Positions 27,532 to 27,874 of a stretch of DNA of 27,874 nt are shown piece after piece; within the stretch, counting starts at the first letter, position 1; every line of letters starts with the position of its first letter. Origin of the DNA: Deltaproteobacteria bacterium TL4. Lineage in GTDB: Bacteria > SAR324 > NAC60-12. Location: assembly GCA_051382335.1 (NCBI GenBank), contig JBBCAX010000342.1, forward strand, positions 1 through 27,874, given 5' to 3'. The translations under genes and the position numbers were made by a program. The notes under the pieces were generated by a model. That model made no database searches, had not been told where the DNA came from, and saw nothing but the letters and a program-made list of their open reading frames with translations.

Positions 27532-27560
27532 TTTCTACCATGTAACTTTGTTTATCTCAA
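27532..27560 (-). promoter_or_regulatory. Possible sigma70 promoter of the methyltransferase/RiPP operon
   Basis: TTGAGA-17 nt-TAGAAA with a TG extension, about 100 nt upstream of the first gene; AT-rich context makes a chance match possible. Confidence 0.3.
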
Positions 27561-27595
27561 GCAGATTGGCCTCTCTGAACATTAAAATTTAATTT

Positions 27596-27797
27596 CGGCA
27601 CCTTTCATTTTTAGTTTACAGTTTATCTCATGACGTGGCTCTGCTACGTCATGTTAACGATCGAGGCTCTGCCTCCGAGGCTCTGCCTCGCCAAACCAGG
27701 CAGAGCCTGGGCAATAGGGATTCCGTGGCAGAGCCACGGAACCAGAAGAGGGTTGAGTAAACTGTCAACTAAAATTCATCGTTTTTGAAAGGTGTCT
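27596..27797. mobile_element. Nested MITE/REP element
   Basis: Outer IR GGCACCTTTCA / TGAAAGGTGTC, inner IR TTTTAGTTTACAGTTTA / TAAACTGTCAACTAAAA, five GGCTCTGC/GCAGAGCC units inside; the outer end recurs near 11840. Confidence 0.7.
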
Positions 27798-27874
27798 TTA
27801 AATTTGCTGAAAATTTAGATTGACAGGACGCGAAGAATTTTGTATCACCCCGTTATCAGGACCCATTTCAGAGG

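Overview
Low-GC bacterial window with genes separated by dense clusters of short palindromic repeats. Left to right: (i) the 5' end of a minus-strand PKS/NRPS-type gene beginning with an ACP domain (absent from the ORF track); (ii) a repeat-packed spacer with a (CCAG)16 tract; (iii) a chemosensory operon cheA-cheW-mcp-cheR-[cheD::cheB fusion with no receiver domain]-REC/histidine kinase-single REC, bracketed by a perfect 40-bp direct repeat; (iv) singletons (non-canonical Fic protein, cytidylyltransferase, MMPL transporter, PIN-like fragment, tyrosine phosphatase, acetoacetate-decarboxylase-fold protein, DUF445 protein, hypothetical) separated by nested MITE/REP elements; (v) a minus-strand operon that is the best candidate for a new system: 52-aa Cys-Cys protein, ArsM-like methyltransferase, 31-aa Cys-rich peptide, radical SAM/SPASM enzyme and Trx::TrxR fusion with an HQFxxxQ motif, followed by a TerB-TM-FecR-LRR protein. 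Both small genes are below the ORF-track cutoff and were translated by hand. All family calls come from motif recognition; no database searches were run.
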